64,000 bases of DNA from Camelus dromedarius (taxonomy: Eukaryota): assembly GCF_036321535.1 (NCBI RefSeq), contig NC_087437.1, positions 41,542,001-41,606,000 of the forward strand, read 5' to 3'. The notes below the pieces were generated by a model. That model made no database searches and was not told the origin of the DNA. It worked only from the letters and a program-made list of their open reading frames with translations. Positions 12,399 through 26,836 of this stretch are shown here, piece by piece (position 1 is the first letter of the stretch; each line of letters starts with the position of its first letter). The translations under genes and the position numbers were made by a program.

Positions 12399-14229
12399 CT
12401 GTAAGTTGAACAAGAAATCACTAAAATTAATATGACCACGCTCAATAAAGGCACTTGAAATTTTACTGTCTTTCAAAACAAATATACTACTTAAACAGGT
12501 TGTTAAGAATAGACTGTATAATATGTGTGTGTGTTTGTATGTGTGTATAGTTTCAGAATACACCTAGAATCTATTTTTGCTTTCTGAAGAGGGTTATACC
12601 GTTAACACGGATGGGTATACGATTTTCAAAAATCATATTGATGTGATTTCTATGAACTCCCTTTGCTGAGGCAATCGAAAAATAAATTCAAATATGAATA
12701 TTTTATTTTGATGGCTTGGTGAGTAACTCCTCAAGAGTGATAATTAACGTGTAGTCGCAGTAGATAACCCAAGATTTCAGTGTGACACTTACATCTGTCT
12801 TGGATGACCCCTGCTACCAGATGGGAGCCCAAACTACCTGATGAACACAGTTTGTAGCATATTCAGCACAAAGCAGCAGTTAAATTTTACAGACTTCGTG
12901 TAAATAAAAATGTTGGAAATTAAATAACGCTTCTTCTAAATCATTAAAATTAGGGAGTGAAAGAATCCTGCATAGATTTGACTTTGGGGAACTTTTTTCA
13001 GAGCAAGCGGTACCAGGTTTGTACTTAAAAATGTCCTCTCATCATGTGAGGGTCATTTATGTGGCAAGAAGAAATGCAGACCATTTCAAACCAACCCATA
13101 ATCATTACCCTGGCATGAGTGTTGGTCATAGGATTTTATGGTCCCTCTCCCACACAGCAGTTCTCCTGGATAAGCAAAGTCTGATACTAAGAATAAATGG
13201 AGTGGAACCAAACCATCACAGATTCTAATAGGAAGAGAATATAAAATATTAAAGAGAATCTGAAGCATACTAATAGAACCCATAGTAGTTCAATGTGTCA
13301 CTTTCTGAGGTTTCCATGTATTACTGATGCTCCCTATTTTACTGTTGATGTTACTCAGTGTATCTATCAAATTTAGGTATTTTGGAGTGAAATGTGTTTA
13401 GAGGTTATACACAGAGGTTCCTCCATTTACAGACAACCCCTCATATATATATGATCTTGTAACTGAACTGTCTTGGCCAAAAGTTGACGTGTTGCTGCAC
13501 TAGTACAGCATGTGTAAGAGATGCATTTCTCAAAAGTTTCATGTACATGAGATTTTTGCAAATCAGTATCTTATCCATTTGATAATGTTATATTGGAAAG
13601 AGGCCTTCACCTAAAGCATTGCCTCCTCTTTAAAGTCTTCCCTGATTCAGGAGAAAGGAGCATTTCCTCTTTTAAGTCCTTCATGTCCATAAAATTCCTG
13701 GAAAATGTTTCTAATATAATGCCCAATATATTATTTTACAAATATTTATTTAATCCTTCATTTCTCCTACTGTCATGAAAGTCTTATACATCTTTGTGTC
13801 TTCAATCCTTGCACAATGCTAAAAAAAAAAAAAAGGTGAATAAATGGGTGAATAGATGAATGGATAGAATATTCAGGTGGCAGCTAATATTTTAGCTTTT
13901 GGTTTCTCTGTATCATCTATTTTCCAGCAGCTGGTTCATGATCTAAAATTTTAAGACATAAAACATCTTTTTAAAGGAATCATAGAGCAAATCTTTTGCT
14001 AAAATAAATAAAAATTTACAGTAATGTCCATAAAAAACTACACTGAACATATAGTAGACCAGTGGTTCTCAGAATGCGTAAGAATTGCCTCTGTGAGGAC
14101 CTGTCAGAAGCAGAATCTGGGGACACTTCCCACAGATTCCGATTCAGTAGAAATCTGTAATTCAATAAGTGCCTTAGGGGATATCATTCTTTGAGTGACA
14201 CTGTCATTGAGCCTTGGTATTTACAGATT

Positions 14230-17200
14230 TAAGATCAGTGGTACACATTCAGAAAATAATGCATCATGACCATGTGAGTCCTTGCACACACTCCAGGGGT
14301 CCAAGTTTGCTCAATATGAAGAAAATCTATTAATATGAAACACAATATTGATTGATCTAGGGAGAAATATCATAAGGGATATCTCAATAGATGCTGAAAA
14401 GCTTTTGACACAATTCAGCAACTATCCCTGATAAATACAATGAAGAAAGCAGGAAATGATGAATACTTCAATATGCTAAAAATACATAATACATGTATTA
14501 TATATGTATAATGTATATGTATATATGTGTGTCTATAATATCTTCAATACTATTTAACATCTCCTTGGAAGTATCAGTCAATGCATTTAGACAAGAAAAA
14601 TCACATAAGAAGTAAAACCACTTCCATTTGCAGATTATATGATAGTATACTCAGGGAATGACAGATAAACCTGTCTCAAACAATAGGAGAATTAAGTATG
14701 GTGACAGGATAGAAATTAGCATATAGAAATTAATAGCCTTCATGTACAAACAATAACCATTTAGAGGATATAATCACAAAATCTCATTTACAATGGCAAC
14801 AAAGAAGATAAAACACTTAAAGAATAACATCAATAAATGTGCAAAAGCATTATGAAGAAAAATTTAAAAGGCTATCAAAAGACACAAGAATAGACTTCAA
14901 CAAATAAAAAGACATCCTTTGTTCTGGGATAGGGCAATTCATTAAAAAGATGCCAACTCTCCCAGTGTTATTTTATACATTTAATGTAATCTCAGTAGAA
15001 ACACCAACAAGTTTTTATGGAACTAGAAAACCTAACATTACAGTTCATATGGAAAAATAAACATCTAAGAATGAATACGAAAAAAATTGGAAAAGAAAGG
15101 TTATGAGGGGGCATTAGCCCTATCTGATACTAGCATATACTATAAAGTCTGTATAAAACAGTGCAGAACTGGTACATAGAGAGCCAAATCAGTGAATGGA
15201 ATAGCAAGTCCAGAAACAGACCCAAATAAGTATGGAAATTTTGCATATGATAAAGGTGGCCTCTCAAATGACTAGGACTAGGACTTTTAAATAAAAGGGG
15301 CTAGCAAAATTACATAGCCATTTGAAAAAAGATAAAAATTACATACATTCCTCCCAGCAATCATAAGACTAAACTCCAAATAAATCAGAGATAAAGTGTA
15401 ATCATATGAAGCCATACAAGTGTTAGAAGAAAACAGGGTGAATTCCTGGTAACCTGAGTGTAGGGAAGGCTTGTAACTATCTAGAGGCAACAAAAGAAAA
15501 GATCACTAATGTTGGCCAAATTTTTAAAAACCATATTTGCATGACACAAAACATCACAAGCAAAAACAAAAGACAAATGACAAAGAGGGAGAAAGTATTT
15601 GCAGTATATGTTATAGATAAAAAGCTGAGAGTCCTAACATATAAAGAAGTCAATAACTGAATTGAGAAAAAGATCAAAATCTAGACAGAAAAATGGGCAA
15701 AAGACATGAACAGACAATTCACACACACCAAAAAAACCAGTTTGAAAAGATATTTATCCTCAATCCTAATAAGAGAAATGCAAACTAAGACTATACTGAG
15801 AAACCATTTTTTAATCTATGAGATTGTCCAAAAAGAGAGTGCTTGGAGCAAGCACTCTCTTTCACTGGTGGTAAGAATGCAAATTGGTGCAAACTGTTTT
15901 TCGGTTGGGGGGTAGTTTGGCAATATCTAACAAAACTACCTATGTATTTACCTACTGACAAAGCACTCCCAGTCTAGAAATTTATCCTAAATATACACTT
16001 CCAACAAATATCAACACATATGCACAAAGTTATTCATGGCATAATTACAATTGAAAAATACTGAAAACAACCTAAATGCCCATACAGAGGAGAATGACTG
16101 AATTAACTACAGCAAATCTATACATGAAAGACTGTGCAAAGGAATGAAGATCTCTATGAACTGATATGGAGTGATTTCCAGGACAAAATGTTACATGAAA
16201 AAAAGCAAATGCACAAGAGAATATGTGGTATGCTGTTCTTACAAAAGAGACTGGGAGAAATAGGAAAATATATATATATATCTGCTCATTTGTACAAAAA
16301 GAAACACAGCGAGAATAATTTAGAAACTGACAAAATTGGTTACCAGTGGGACAGGGTGGAAAAGATGGGTGGGGAAGAAACTGAAAGGCTGTTTAGGGCA
16401 GTGACACTTACCTAAGTATGGCTTTTGTATAGTTCTGACTATTGGAAGTTTACTGCACACACTCAAAAAATCAAAAAAGATAGAAAAAAGCCTAAAAAGA
16501 AATACAGACCGATGCAAATGAACGTATCTGTATTTCATATTAATAACAAAATCCAAGTAAATTTTGAACACTGACTTTTGAGTATATACCATGAGGGCAG
16601 GCTAAAGACAAAAAGAACTGTAAACAAATACTGAATTCTAGTGAGATTTATTTTTCATAGTAGCATGGGCTAGCAATTCTGAAATTATTTTCTATGTATT
16701 ATAAGATTGAGGGAATATATATACATATTATATATATATAAAATAGGTAACAGAAGCCAGATTTCTCACTGTGAGAGAAAGAAGTTATAAAAATAGAAAG
16801 AGAGAGAGAGTAAGAAGGAATCCTGTGGTGTGGGACTGGAAATGTAGGTATCAGTATGAAGATGGATGGATGGATAGGTATGGAAGATAGACAGACGGAT
16901 AGACAATGTGCACGCAAAAGGCCCAAACAGTGATATCCCAGTAGTAATGATCATATCTTGTACCCAGAATTTGGTTTGTAAATGCCATTTTCCACTAAAA
17001 GAACCTCAGTTCCTTGGAGAAACGATTGATTCCAGGGCTAGTTCTGGGAATGTATGAGATGAGTCAGGTTCTTGCTGTGCTTGTAAGAAAGAAAAGCTGA
17101 TGAGGACACGTCAAAAGCACATGGGAGCAAGCTTAAAAAGGCCCTCACTGAACATCAAAATTATAACCCACTGAACAACATAAGAATCCAGAGGTCCATA

Positions 17201-17860
17201 CAGGAATAAACACATACGTGGAGAAGAAGGAAAACTGTCTTACAGTAGAATTCCAGTTAAGAAATTTAGAAGAAAGTAATAAACATAGAAGAAGGGATGG
17301 AACTAAAACATCAATGTTTGGCAACTATCACAGGAATAATAATTGAATCGTAGTAGTAATAATTGATGTGGGAAGAATCAGTAACATATCCTAAAACCAG
17401 GGGTGAATGTTTGATAAGAAGCAGGATATTTACTGTATAGACTCAAAGTGTTTTCCCACAAAATATTTAATTACAAAGGGGAAAATGGTAATTTGATAGT
17501 GGAGAAACCTGGCAGATACCACCTTCCTTAAGGGATCAAAGTTAATATAACAAGTAATAGGGCAAATCAACATCGTGTTCCTCCTGACATGGTGCTTGAA
17601 AACACATCACTTCTGAGATATTCCTGCTGAAAACGCATAACCTGAGTCTAACTATGAGGAAACAACAGATACACCCAGATTGAGGGCTTTTTTACAAAAT
17701 AACTGTACCTCTTAAAAAATATCAAGATCATGAAAGTTTTGCAAAAAAAAAAAAAGATTGCAAAGAAGGTAAAATGTTAACAGTTGGGAAATCAGGATGA
17801 AGGGTACATGGCACTTCGGGAAATTCTTCCATAAGTCTGAAATTATTTAAAAATATATTT
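14230..17860 (+). mobile_element. Degenerate LINE-1 (L1MC-like) ORF2 remnant plus long 3' UTR
   Basis: ORF2 relics (tctcaatagatgctgaaaagcttttgac; ccatttgcagattatatgatagtatac) and L1MC-type 3' UTR phrases (ggagaaacctggcagataccacct). Many stops. Confidence 0.8.
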
Positions 17861-18283
17861 TTAAAAGGTTAATGCTACTGACTGGCTGTTAGCAGCCTGA
17901 AGACTTAAAATGTAATAATCTGTCATTTCCTAGGGCACAGATTTGGGGCATCCCACAGCAGGTCTGGAGAGACTCAGCAACACATCAGTTAGCAGGCGAG
18001 CCTCACAGCCCACAGCCGGTACCTAGTGCCCTTCACCCTTGCTACAAAATTACTCTTATGAAGCAATAAAAAACATTTCTTTATGAAAAATGCCTTTAAG
18101 AAGAAAGCTAAGGGTTAGTACCAGAAACAGGGGCCAAAGGAAAGATAAGGGTTCCAAGCCAGAAAAGAGAAAATTTAGGATGACTGTGGCCTGTAAAGTG
18201 CACTGTAGGTGCCCATCTATGAGGTGAATGGACCCACTGCACACTCTGGAGAGAAGAAAATTCAGAAACTTCTTTGGCCAGTA

Positions 18284-18635
18284 CAGCCGTCCCTCAGTGT
18301 CCCCGGGGTACTGATTTCAGGACCCCATCAGATAACAAAATCCACTGATGCTCATGTCCCTTATATAAAAATGGTGTAATCTTTGCATATGATCTAGGCA
18401 TATCCTCCCCCACACTTTAAATCGTCTCTGGATTGCTTATAATCCCTAAAGCAGTGCAAATCTACACAAATAGTTGTAAGTGCGGTGTAAATGCTATGAA
18501 AACAGTTGTCAGCTCTGGCAAGTTCAAGTTCTGTCTTTCAGAACTTCCTGGAATTCTTTTTTCTTTTCAAAGATTTTCGGTCTGTGGTGGGTTGAATGTG
18601 TGGATGTGGAATCTGCAGATACAGAGGACTGACTG
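18284..18635. mobile_element. MER2-like TcMar-Tigger MITE
   Basis: About 350 bp with imperfect TIRs CAGCCGTCCCTC / GAGGACTGACTG flanked by TA on both sides; internal caaaatccactgatgctcatgtcccttatataaaa. Confidence 0.85.
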
Positions 18636-21428
18636 TACTTACTGGCTCAACAAGTAATGAATACAAAGTTGGTGATAACTTGTGGCATGAGGCTATACTG
18701 AAACACCTGCCTTTGAAGAAAATATGAGAAAGTCAGGAGCATGTGCAGCTATTAATAAGAAGCAGTAGACAGAGGAGTATCGTAAGGGTTCCAGATTACA
18801 TGTCATGGGGCATTTGAGAAGCTGGAGGCTTATATAGGTCCCTAGGACATATCTGTCGTGAGCGGTGGTACACATATGCCTTGAAAGATGAGAACTTCCA
18901 TATGACAGACTCGCTGTTTATAAGGAAATGTGGTGACAGGACTTGCAGAGCTGTCACAGGCTTTTGTGACTTAAAGGAGCACTTCCTGGACGTACATTTC
19001 TAACCCTGATTGAATACCTCTGGACTTTGTGTTAAATTACACTAAATTGGCTACTAACAGGCCATAATTCTCAAAAATCATAAAAATGATAAAGAAATGC
19101 TTTAAATTAAACACGAAAGCCCCGAAGACTGGAGTATCAGAAAATTATATCCTAATCGCAGCTGGTTTTCTTTTCAGGAACTTCATCATGTTCATAGCAG
19201 CGTTTTTGTTATTTCTAAAGAATTGAAACAGTAGAGAACTATATAGTTCTCTATCCAATTAGAGATCAGTTAGTTCATATATTTAAAACCCACTACACAT
19301 TTATAAAAACAAAACCAACAATACAACATAGTATCTCAAAAGGGGGCAGTATGTAATTAATCTGTTCTTCCACGTTTAGAGTATGAACATTTTCCCCACT
19401 GAGATGCCTGATTTTGACTTGTTCCCAGGGTACTTGGAAATCCTTTCGTAAGAGGGCTTAACACTGAAATTACTTCTCGTGTTAAAATCCAATTTCTCCC
19501 CTGAATAGGCAAAGGCAGGAAAAGGGTTCAGAGCCAAAGGAAATGCTTTCTAATAAGCTCAGGACAATTTTACAGTTGAGAAACTAAATAATAAGTTTGT
19601 TCTGGCTTTTTATTCTCCTATAACCCCACCTTTGCATTTTTACTAGCCACCATCATTACTGAATGACTTTGCTGATTTTGTTTTTATCAATAAATCTTTT
19701 AGAGCCGTATTCACTCACTATCAGCTTCATTTTAAGCCATCAGGAAATAAAGGTCGGGATAATGCTCTGGAAAACCTTCTCTGTCCTGGATACAATTAGA
19801 TACAACTTTTGAAAGTATTTATTCTTGGTGATGTAGATGTCTTATGGCCAAATTTCTTTCTGAAGGGGATGGGTATATGGCAGATAAAAAGGCTTGCTAC
19901 TTTGACCAAGATTATGCTGTCTTTCTTGAATAAACACTCCTATTGTTACAAGCCTTTCGTTAATTTCCAGAATTCTGGAGAAGTTAATTTTGGGCACCTT
20001 CTGTTAAGGTTTTGTTGCTTTTATGTAGAAGCGGATTTTGGAGGATATTTTCTATGCCTTTCCTGCCGATGTCCTAATTCTTTATTTTTAAGGAAAAATA
20101 TACATACACGGAAGAACTAATTTTTTTCTCTCCACATTCTGATACATCATCCAGTGCACCCCATTTAGGAGGCTACTAGTGTAAAATAAAATTTTCAAAA
20201 AAACTCAGTGGAGGTTTACAGCATCCGTGACCACCACACCACACGGCATCCTGTGACTGCAATGGCTCCTCCTGACTTTTCCAGAATCCTCTGTGGCAGC
20301 CCCATTCTCCGAGTCACTTGGGTTGAAATGCTTAGGATTATCTGACATTTCTCTTACTCTGCTGCTCCCACACCCCCTCAAATGTTCCTTCCCAGTTTTA
20401 TTCATACATGACCTTTTTTCCGCTACCAATGTGCCATGATCTCTCACCCGCCACCAGTCCCCCTCTACTCTGCTTACCAACAGTAAGTGAATCCTCACAT
20501 AAACACCATTTTGATGACTCCAATCCAGGGATCAGAGGCTTCCATCATCTTAACTGTCTTTTTCTGGATAAAAATCTAGTCTTTTAATGTGGTCTTCAAA
20601 TTTTCACAATCTGGACCATATCTGAATTGGAGGTCAGACAACTTGGGTTCTTTCTCCAGCTTAGTCTTGTGGAAACTTCTGTATCTACCGTTCAGGGTAT
20701 AGAAAATTATTGGGCACCTACTATGTGGTAAACTTAGAGTACGTTCACAGAGATATAGGTCAATAAACCCATAGTTACAATGTAATGTAGCTAAGAACTA
20801 TGCCGAAGGATGAATTAAGAAGATATCTGAGAAAGTGCCTTTGAAAATATGAAGAATTGCAGAAAGTATTACTGGGTTTTTTTCTTATTTTTTACTTCCA
20901 GTATAATACCCTCAAAGATTTAATCAAGTGTTATGGTGGCAAAATGGCTACATGATCAGTTTTCTTCCCTAAATACGACAGTGTGTGAGAACCCTGGGGC
21001 TTCTACATTTATAGGAGGCCACATGAATACATGTTGACCGTGTCCTCATCTTTAGTGCAGGGAGGACGCCTGTCCTGCTTACTTCCAGGACGTGGTGAAG
21101 GATCGCAGGAGAAGATACGTGGGGGTTCATTTTGAAGTGCCTTACAAATCCCACTTCTTATCAAAACAAATATTACAAATAAATAGAAATAAATTATAAA
21201 AGTAAGTTGTAAAAACACTCTCATTTTTAACACCTATGCATCTCACGCCATAGTGTCTTCATTTAAATATATACTTGTGCAATTTATTGAGAATAATTAG
21301 TTTATTTCTGTTAAGCATTTTGTGGGCTACCTTTTGTGAAGAGTTCTATAATCACACTGCAGAAACATTAATAATTACTGATATGTCACCAAAATCAACC
21401 ATGGAGGAAAAGAAAAGCAATTACTTAC

Positions 21429-21478
21429 GCTCTGTTCTTAACTGTCCAAGGATGGAATTTTCTCCTCTGCACATGGTT
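21429..21478 (-). CDS. PLD1: PLD1 exon (23), 50 nt, TMCRGENSILGQLRTE(L)
   Basis: Acceptor TGTTCAG|A, donor GAGC|GTAAGT; phase 2/1. Missed by the ORF track. Confidence 0.94.
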
Positions 21479-23702
21479 CTGAACATATGTAAAGGAAATA
21501 AATAATTACGGAGGTTTCAAAGGAACCAGTCCCAATTGCAGTATCTGTGGGGTATAGTCTTAATCCAAGTAAAAATAGAACAAGTGCTTCTACAAGAAGA
21601 TGCCACATAGGTATTTTTAAAAACAAAAAACCCCCAAGAATATCACGTTTGTGATGTTACTGATAGGACAAGGTAGTTGTTTTGAAGTGGGCAAGTTGAA
21701 AAGTTGTAAGACTGATGTTAGATTTCAGAAAGAGATGTTATTTTTAAAAGATGGCTTCTGAATGAGCTCTCCTTAGAAAATTCGGCAACCGCAAAGATAA
21801 ATTTAGAATGCCCCAAAAGATAAGAATACTTACAGAATCACATTGCTTTCAGAGGTGAAAAGGGCAAACTTAAAAGCGTACTTTTGGAATTAAAGAAACC
21901 ATACTATCTGAGCTGTCTCTGTAAGGTCAGCCAACCTCTTAAAAGTGAAAAATATGTCTCAGATGACCGACTCTACTAAGGATTTTGTCTCTCAAGACTC
22001 TGACAGTAGTCAACGAATTATAAAGACTCATAAAACAAAAAGTTCTAAGCTCCATCTGCTTGCTCTATGGAAGTAATTAAAAATACAGTTATGCCTGGGA
22101 AATTCGGATATTATTAAAGATGATGCCAGCAAATAGAGATGTTTTTGCATAATAAAAGGTTATAGTTTTGGATGCTGAGCAAGAGCCAAGCATGTTATTT
22201 CATTTAACTGGTTCAAACCCAAGAAAATAGTCATAGAAAAGAATTACAATTGACAGTATTCCAAAAATAATATTAGGATGGCAAATGAAGTGGATAAAAT
22301 CCAATTAAACATTATGTCAGTGCCTTAAATACTTGAAAAGGTTTGTTTGTCATGTTATAAATCAGATAATATTAGAAATGGGCAAATCTTCAATCCAAGT
22401 TTAAAGACCAAAGCACAAAGTTCCCCCATACTGTAATGAGGCAAAATTACCCAAGAAGAAACAAAATATCTTTACTTAAAAAGTCAGAAAGAAACAAGAG
22501 GATTAAAAAAAAAAAAGATTTCCACCACTATGGTACATTCAAACTGTGCCTGGAGGACCCTCAGATCCTGCGGAGGTGCCTCTAGGGAGGGGGCCCCAGG
22601 CAGGAGGGCTTCTAAGCCCCCATCCCCAATTTGACCAAGGCCCTGCATGTTTATCTATTTTACACACTGGGGGTTCTGGGTAAGATCTCATCTGTCCCTT
22701 CCCACAAGAGGGTTTGATTACGGAGGTATGAAAGTATAGGTAGTTCTGAAAAACAGGCTATTAGAAGAAAATATCCAGGTGTTAGTCCTTGCTCCGACTT
22801 AATGAAGGCTGTGGTCCTGAGTAGGGCTCATCTGTATCTCAGGTCACAGAGCTTGTCACTAGGAGCTGGATTCACGCCATATCCATCCCCTTCCTCTTCA
22901 CGGCTAAGTGGCCCAGAGAGAACGTCAGGGGTGCCTTCCCATCACTTTCTACCCCACCTCTCTGCACCTGCCCACCTGCTCTCAACCCCCTTCATGATCC
23001 TCCACTCTCCAAGTCTGAAGCCTCATGTGCCTTTCTCTGTGAATATGGAAACTCTGCTTTTCAGAATGTTGAGAATGGGACTTACCACCTTCCCTAAAAT
23101 TTTAACCGAGAGGTGGTTGTGAAAACAGAATTAAAATTCCAGGAGCCAGGAAAGAACCTTCATGCTTCACTTAGTAGCAGGGACTGTTATTACCAGCCTT
23201 GCTGAAGGATTGCTGCCTAAAACAATCATAAACCAACACGTGCAGGCCGTGCCATTTTAAGCATTTAATTTTCTTCCTTTTATCTACATGCTGCAGAGAG
23301 GAAGCAAAGCTCAGTAACTATTTGGTGGCTTCAAGGTAATTTTTAAATTATCTTTAAAAATGAATTTATACATAAAGGATTCATATCTATATATTGATGG
23401 TGAAGTCCTTGTCTCCATTTATAATATATATAAAAATATATATAAAAGAACTAAAATATTAGTCTTTTTATAGTCATATATATTGGGTATATATATTTTA
23501 TAAATGAAGACAAGCACTTTCTCTCTCTACATATATACATATGACAGGCAATGAGTATACAAGAGAGACTAATATTTTAGTTCTTTCACATTTGCCATGT
23601 GTTAGGCATACCATTTATGATTTTAGGCTCTATTTGAATTTTATCAATTAATAAATAGGCCAAGATTCAAAAGTAAAATGAAGAAAACTGTCCATCTGCT
23701 CA

Positions 23703-24101
<399 letters not shown>

Positions 24102-25879
24102 CTAACAGTTCATAGCAACCTGAAAAATAAGCTGAACTTGGCAGTAAAGGGAGAAGTGTAACCACTATCTCTCTGCAGCATAATCCTTCCAAGGACAAAT
24201 CCATTGTAAGAAAGCCTTGCTTGGGTCTCATGGAAAATGGAGCAGTTATAACAAAGTTTTAATAAAGTGTTATCTTAACAGTTTTATATATAACAAGTTA
24301 TAGCCACAGTACTTAGCTCAGAGTTCAGCAAATAGTAGGCATTTGGTTAATAATTACTGAGTAAATGAGTTCCCACAGCCCAGATCTCAGGGGCAAAAAG
24401 ACACAGGGGACCCAGGACATTTTCCAGTGCAGAAATTATCATTGTTTAGAAACTGATTCATCCCTGAAAACTCTGGTTCAGATGCAAAATGTTACCCTGG
24501 GCCCTTCAGGAATTCTGAGTGACTCATGTTGAGTTTTAAACCTCCTGCACATATAACACAGTATTTCTTGGCCCACTCTCCCAAATGATTAGCGACAACC
24601 TTTAAAAGAAAAGCCTTTGAACGGCCTTTGCTACTCAATGATGTAACAAACAGAAGAAGAAGGTGCAGCTTCTTACTTTGATCTGCATTCAGAAAGTCAG
24701 AAATTTGGAGAATAATTTTCAAATAAGTATTGCCTCTTTGGAGGCTGGGCTGTTAATGTCCTTATCTCTAGAAGACACACAGGAAGAAGAGAAAGTCCGG
24801 ATATGGCTGCGGTACCCACTGCTGTCAGACTCTCGCCCGCTTATCTGAGAAGTCTACACCCACACGAAGAGGCTGCTATGGGGTCATTTTCAAATCAGAA
24901 CCTACTTAAACTTTCTATGACACTTCATTTCTAAAGTGCATTTTCTTCCAAACAATTACATTGTTCTTTCAGTCAAATATTATTACTAGTCAGAGGGGTC
25001 AGATTTCATTACTGAGGTATCTGATGCCAACGTGCTGTATCAGGACACAGGGGAAGTGCAGTTCCAGGCAGAAGCCAACAGCCAACAGCAGGAGTCTGGA
25101 AGCCTGTGAGCTTAACTGCAGTATGAGAAACGAGGACTCTGAACTAGGGTGCTGTAATGGCATGGATTAATCACTAGATGGCAAACAGAGTTTGAGTTGG
25201 AAAAAAAAGGTTTTTTTTTAGTGTAAACCCTTTTCTGTCAGATTAGGGAAAGAGGCTCACATTCCTAGATGGCAAACAGGACAGTGGGAAGAAGAACAGA
25301 AAGAATACCTAAGCTATTTCCCCACCAGTACTGAGAAGTCCAAATAAATTCTACGTTTAAGAACTGACACCATCTGGCCTCGACTGCCTGTGCAGAATCC
25401 CCTTCAGTCTGATCCTTGCAGACCCATACTGCAGTGACCGGAGACCACCGCCCGGTGCACAGACGTGCACCCCAGTAAGGCAGGTCAGCCAACCTAACTC
25501 ATCCACCCTCTGAGCCCTGAGGGCCCCTCTCTGCTTCGCAGGATCCCTCTTCCCCGGTCAAGCTGTCCTGAATGAGCCAGTCTAAATCGGTTTGTTCCTG
25601 CCTCTGCACTCCCCCGGCACCCTTTTCGCTTTACACACTAGTGACAGGCACACCTGCTGGCAAGGCTATGCGATAAGCCCTTTTGAAGCACAGGGCATTC
25701 GTGCACATATCTTTCTATTTTGGGCAGTGCCCAACAGAGGACCCCCGCACACAGTATGCACCTGGCACTATTTGCTTTGGGAGGATGGGGTCAGGTTGGA
25801 AGAATGTTTCTGGAAACCTCTGGTAGACAAGAGGTTAAATAGGACATTTCTCTTCAAATTAGACTACATTTTCTTTGAT

Positions 25880-26482
25880 TTTTTTTATTGCGGTAAAATA
25901 TATGTAACATAAAATCTGCAATCTTTCAACAATCTTTAAGTGTACCATTCAGTGTTACAAATTACCTTCACATGTTGTGCAACCATCATGATCTCTATTT
26001 TCAAAACTTTTTCATGAGTCCAAACAGAAACTCTGATAATTAAGCAGTGACTTCCCATTTCCCCTCCCTGCAACCTCTGGTTACTGCTAATCTACATTCT
26101 GTTTCTAGGAATTTGCCTGGTCTAGATAGTTCATCTAAGTGGAATCAAACTATATTTGTCCTTTTGTGTTTGGCTTATTTCACTTATTGTAACATCCTCA
26201 AGATTCATTCATGCTGTATGTAGCCTGTGCCAGAATCTCCTTCCTTCTTACGGCTGAATAATATTACATTGTACGTACAGACTATGGTCTGTTCATCCAG
26301 TCATCTGTGGGCAGGCACTTGTGATGTTTCCACCTCTTGGCTGTTGTGAATAATGCTGCAGTAAATGTGGGCATATAGTCTCTCAGCCCCGTCCTCATTT
26401 TTTTTTTTTTTTCGGGTATTTACCCAGGAATGGCATTGCTGGATCATATGGTTATTCTATGTTTAGCTTTTGAGGAACCACT
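25880..26482 (-). mobile_element. LINE-1 3' fragment (L1MA/MB-like)
   Basis: ttggcttatttcactta, ttccttcttacggctgaataatatt, attgctggatcatatggt, tttgaggaacc. Confidence 0.85.
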
Positions 26483-26718
26483 AAATAAATTACATTCTGT
26501 AATGGATAATATATGCTCATAGTACAAACCTTCAGAGGTAGAAGATTATATGATGAAAAAAACTTCGTTTTCATCCCTTTGTTCCCAGCCTTCGTTTCCC
26601 CTCCCTAAGGGCAACTCATATTACCTTCTTTCAGAAATAGTCTATGAATTTATAAGCATGTATATGTATTCCTTCCTTCTACACAAATGTTAGAATACTA
26701 TAAACACCTTACTGAATG

Positions 26719-26727
26719 TTGTTGTTG

Positions 26728-26762
<35 letters not shown>

Positions 26763-26836
26763 TTTGAGCAGAGAAAGATTTATTGCAGGGCGATGCAAGG
26801 AGAACGGGTAGCTCATACGTAAAAGACCTGAACTCT
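26719..26836 (-). mobile_element. Short polyadenylated retrocopy of an LTR-like 3' end with (TAA)n/(CAA)n tail
   Basis: Minus strand ...ccctgcAATAAAtctttctctgctc followed by AAAAA(TAA)n; TSD-like TGAATGTT / TGAACATT. Confidence 0.55.

Noticed and set aside
14230..17860. L1 ORF2 as an active or domesticated gene
   Set aside because: Riddled with stops and indels; only short spurious ORFs remain.
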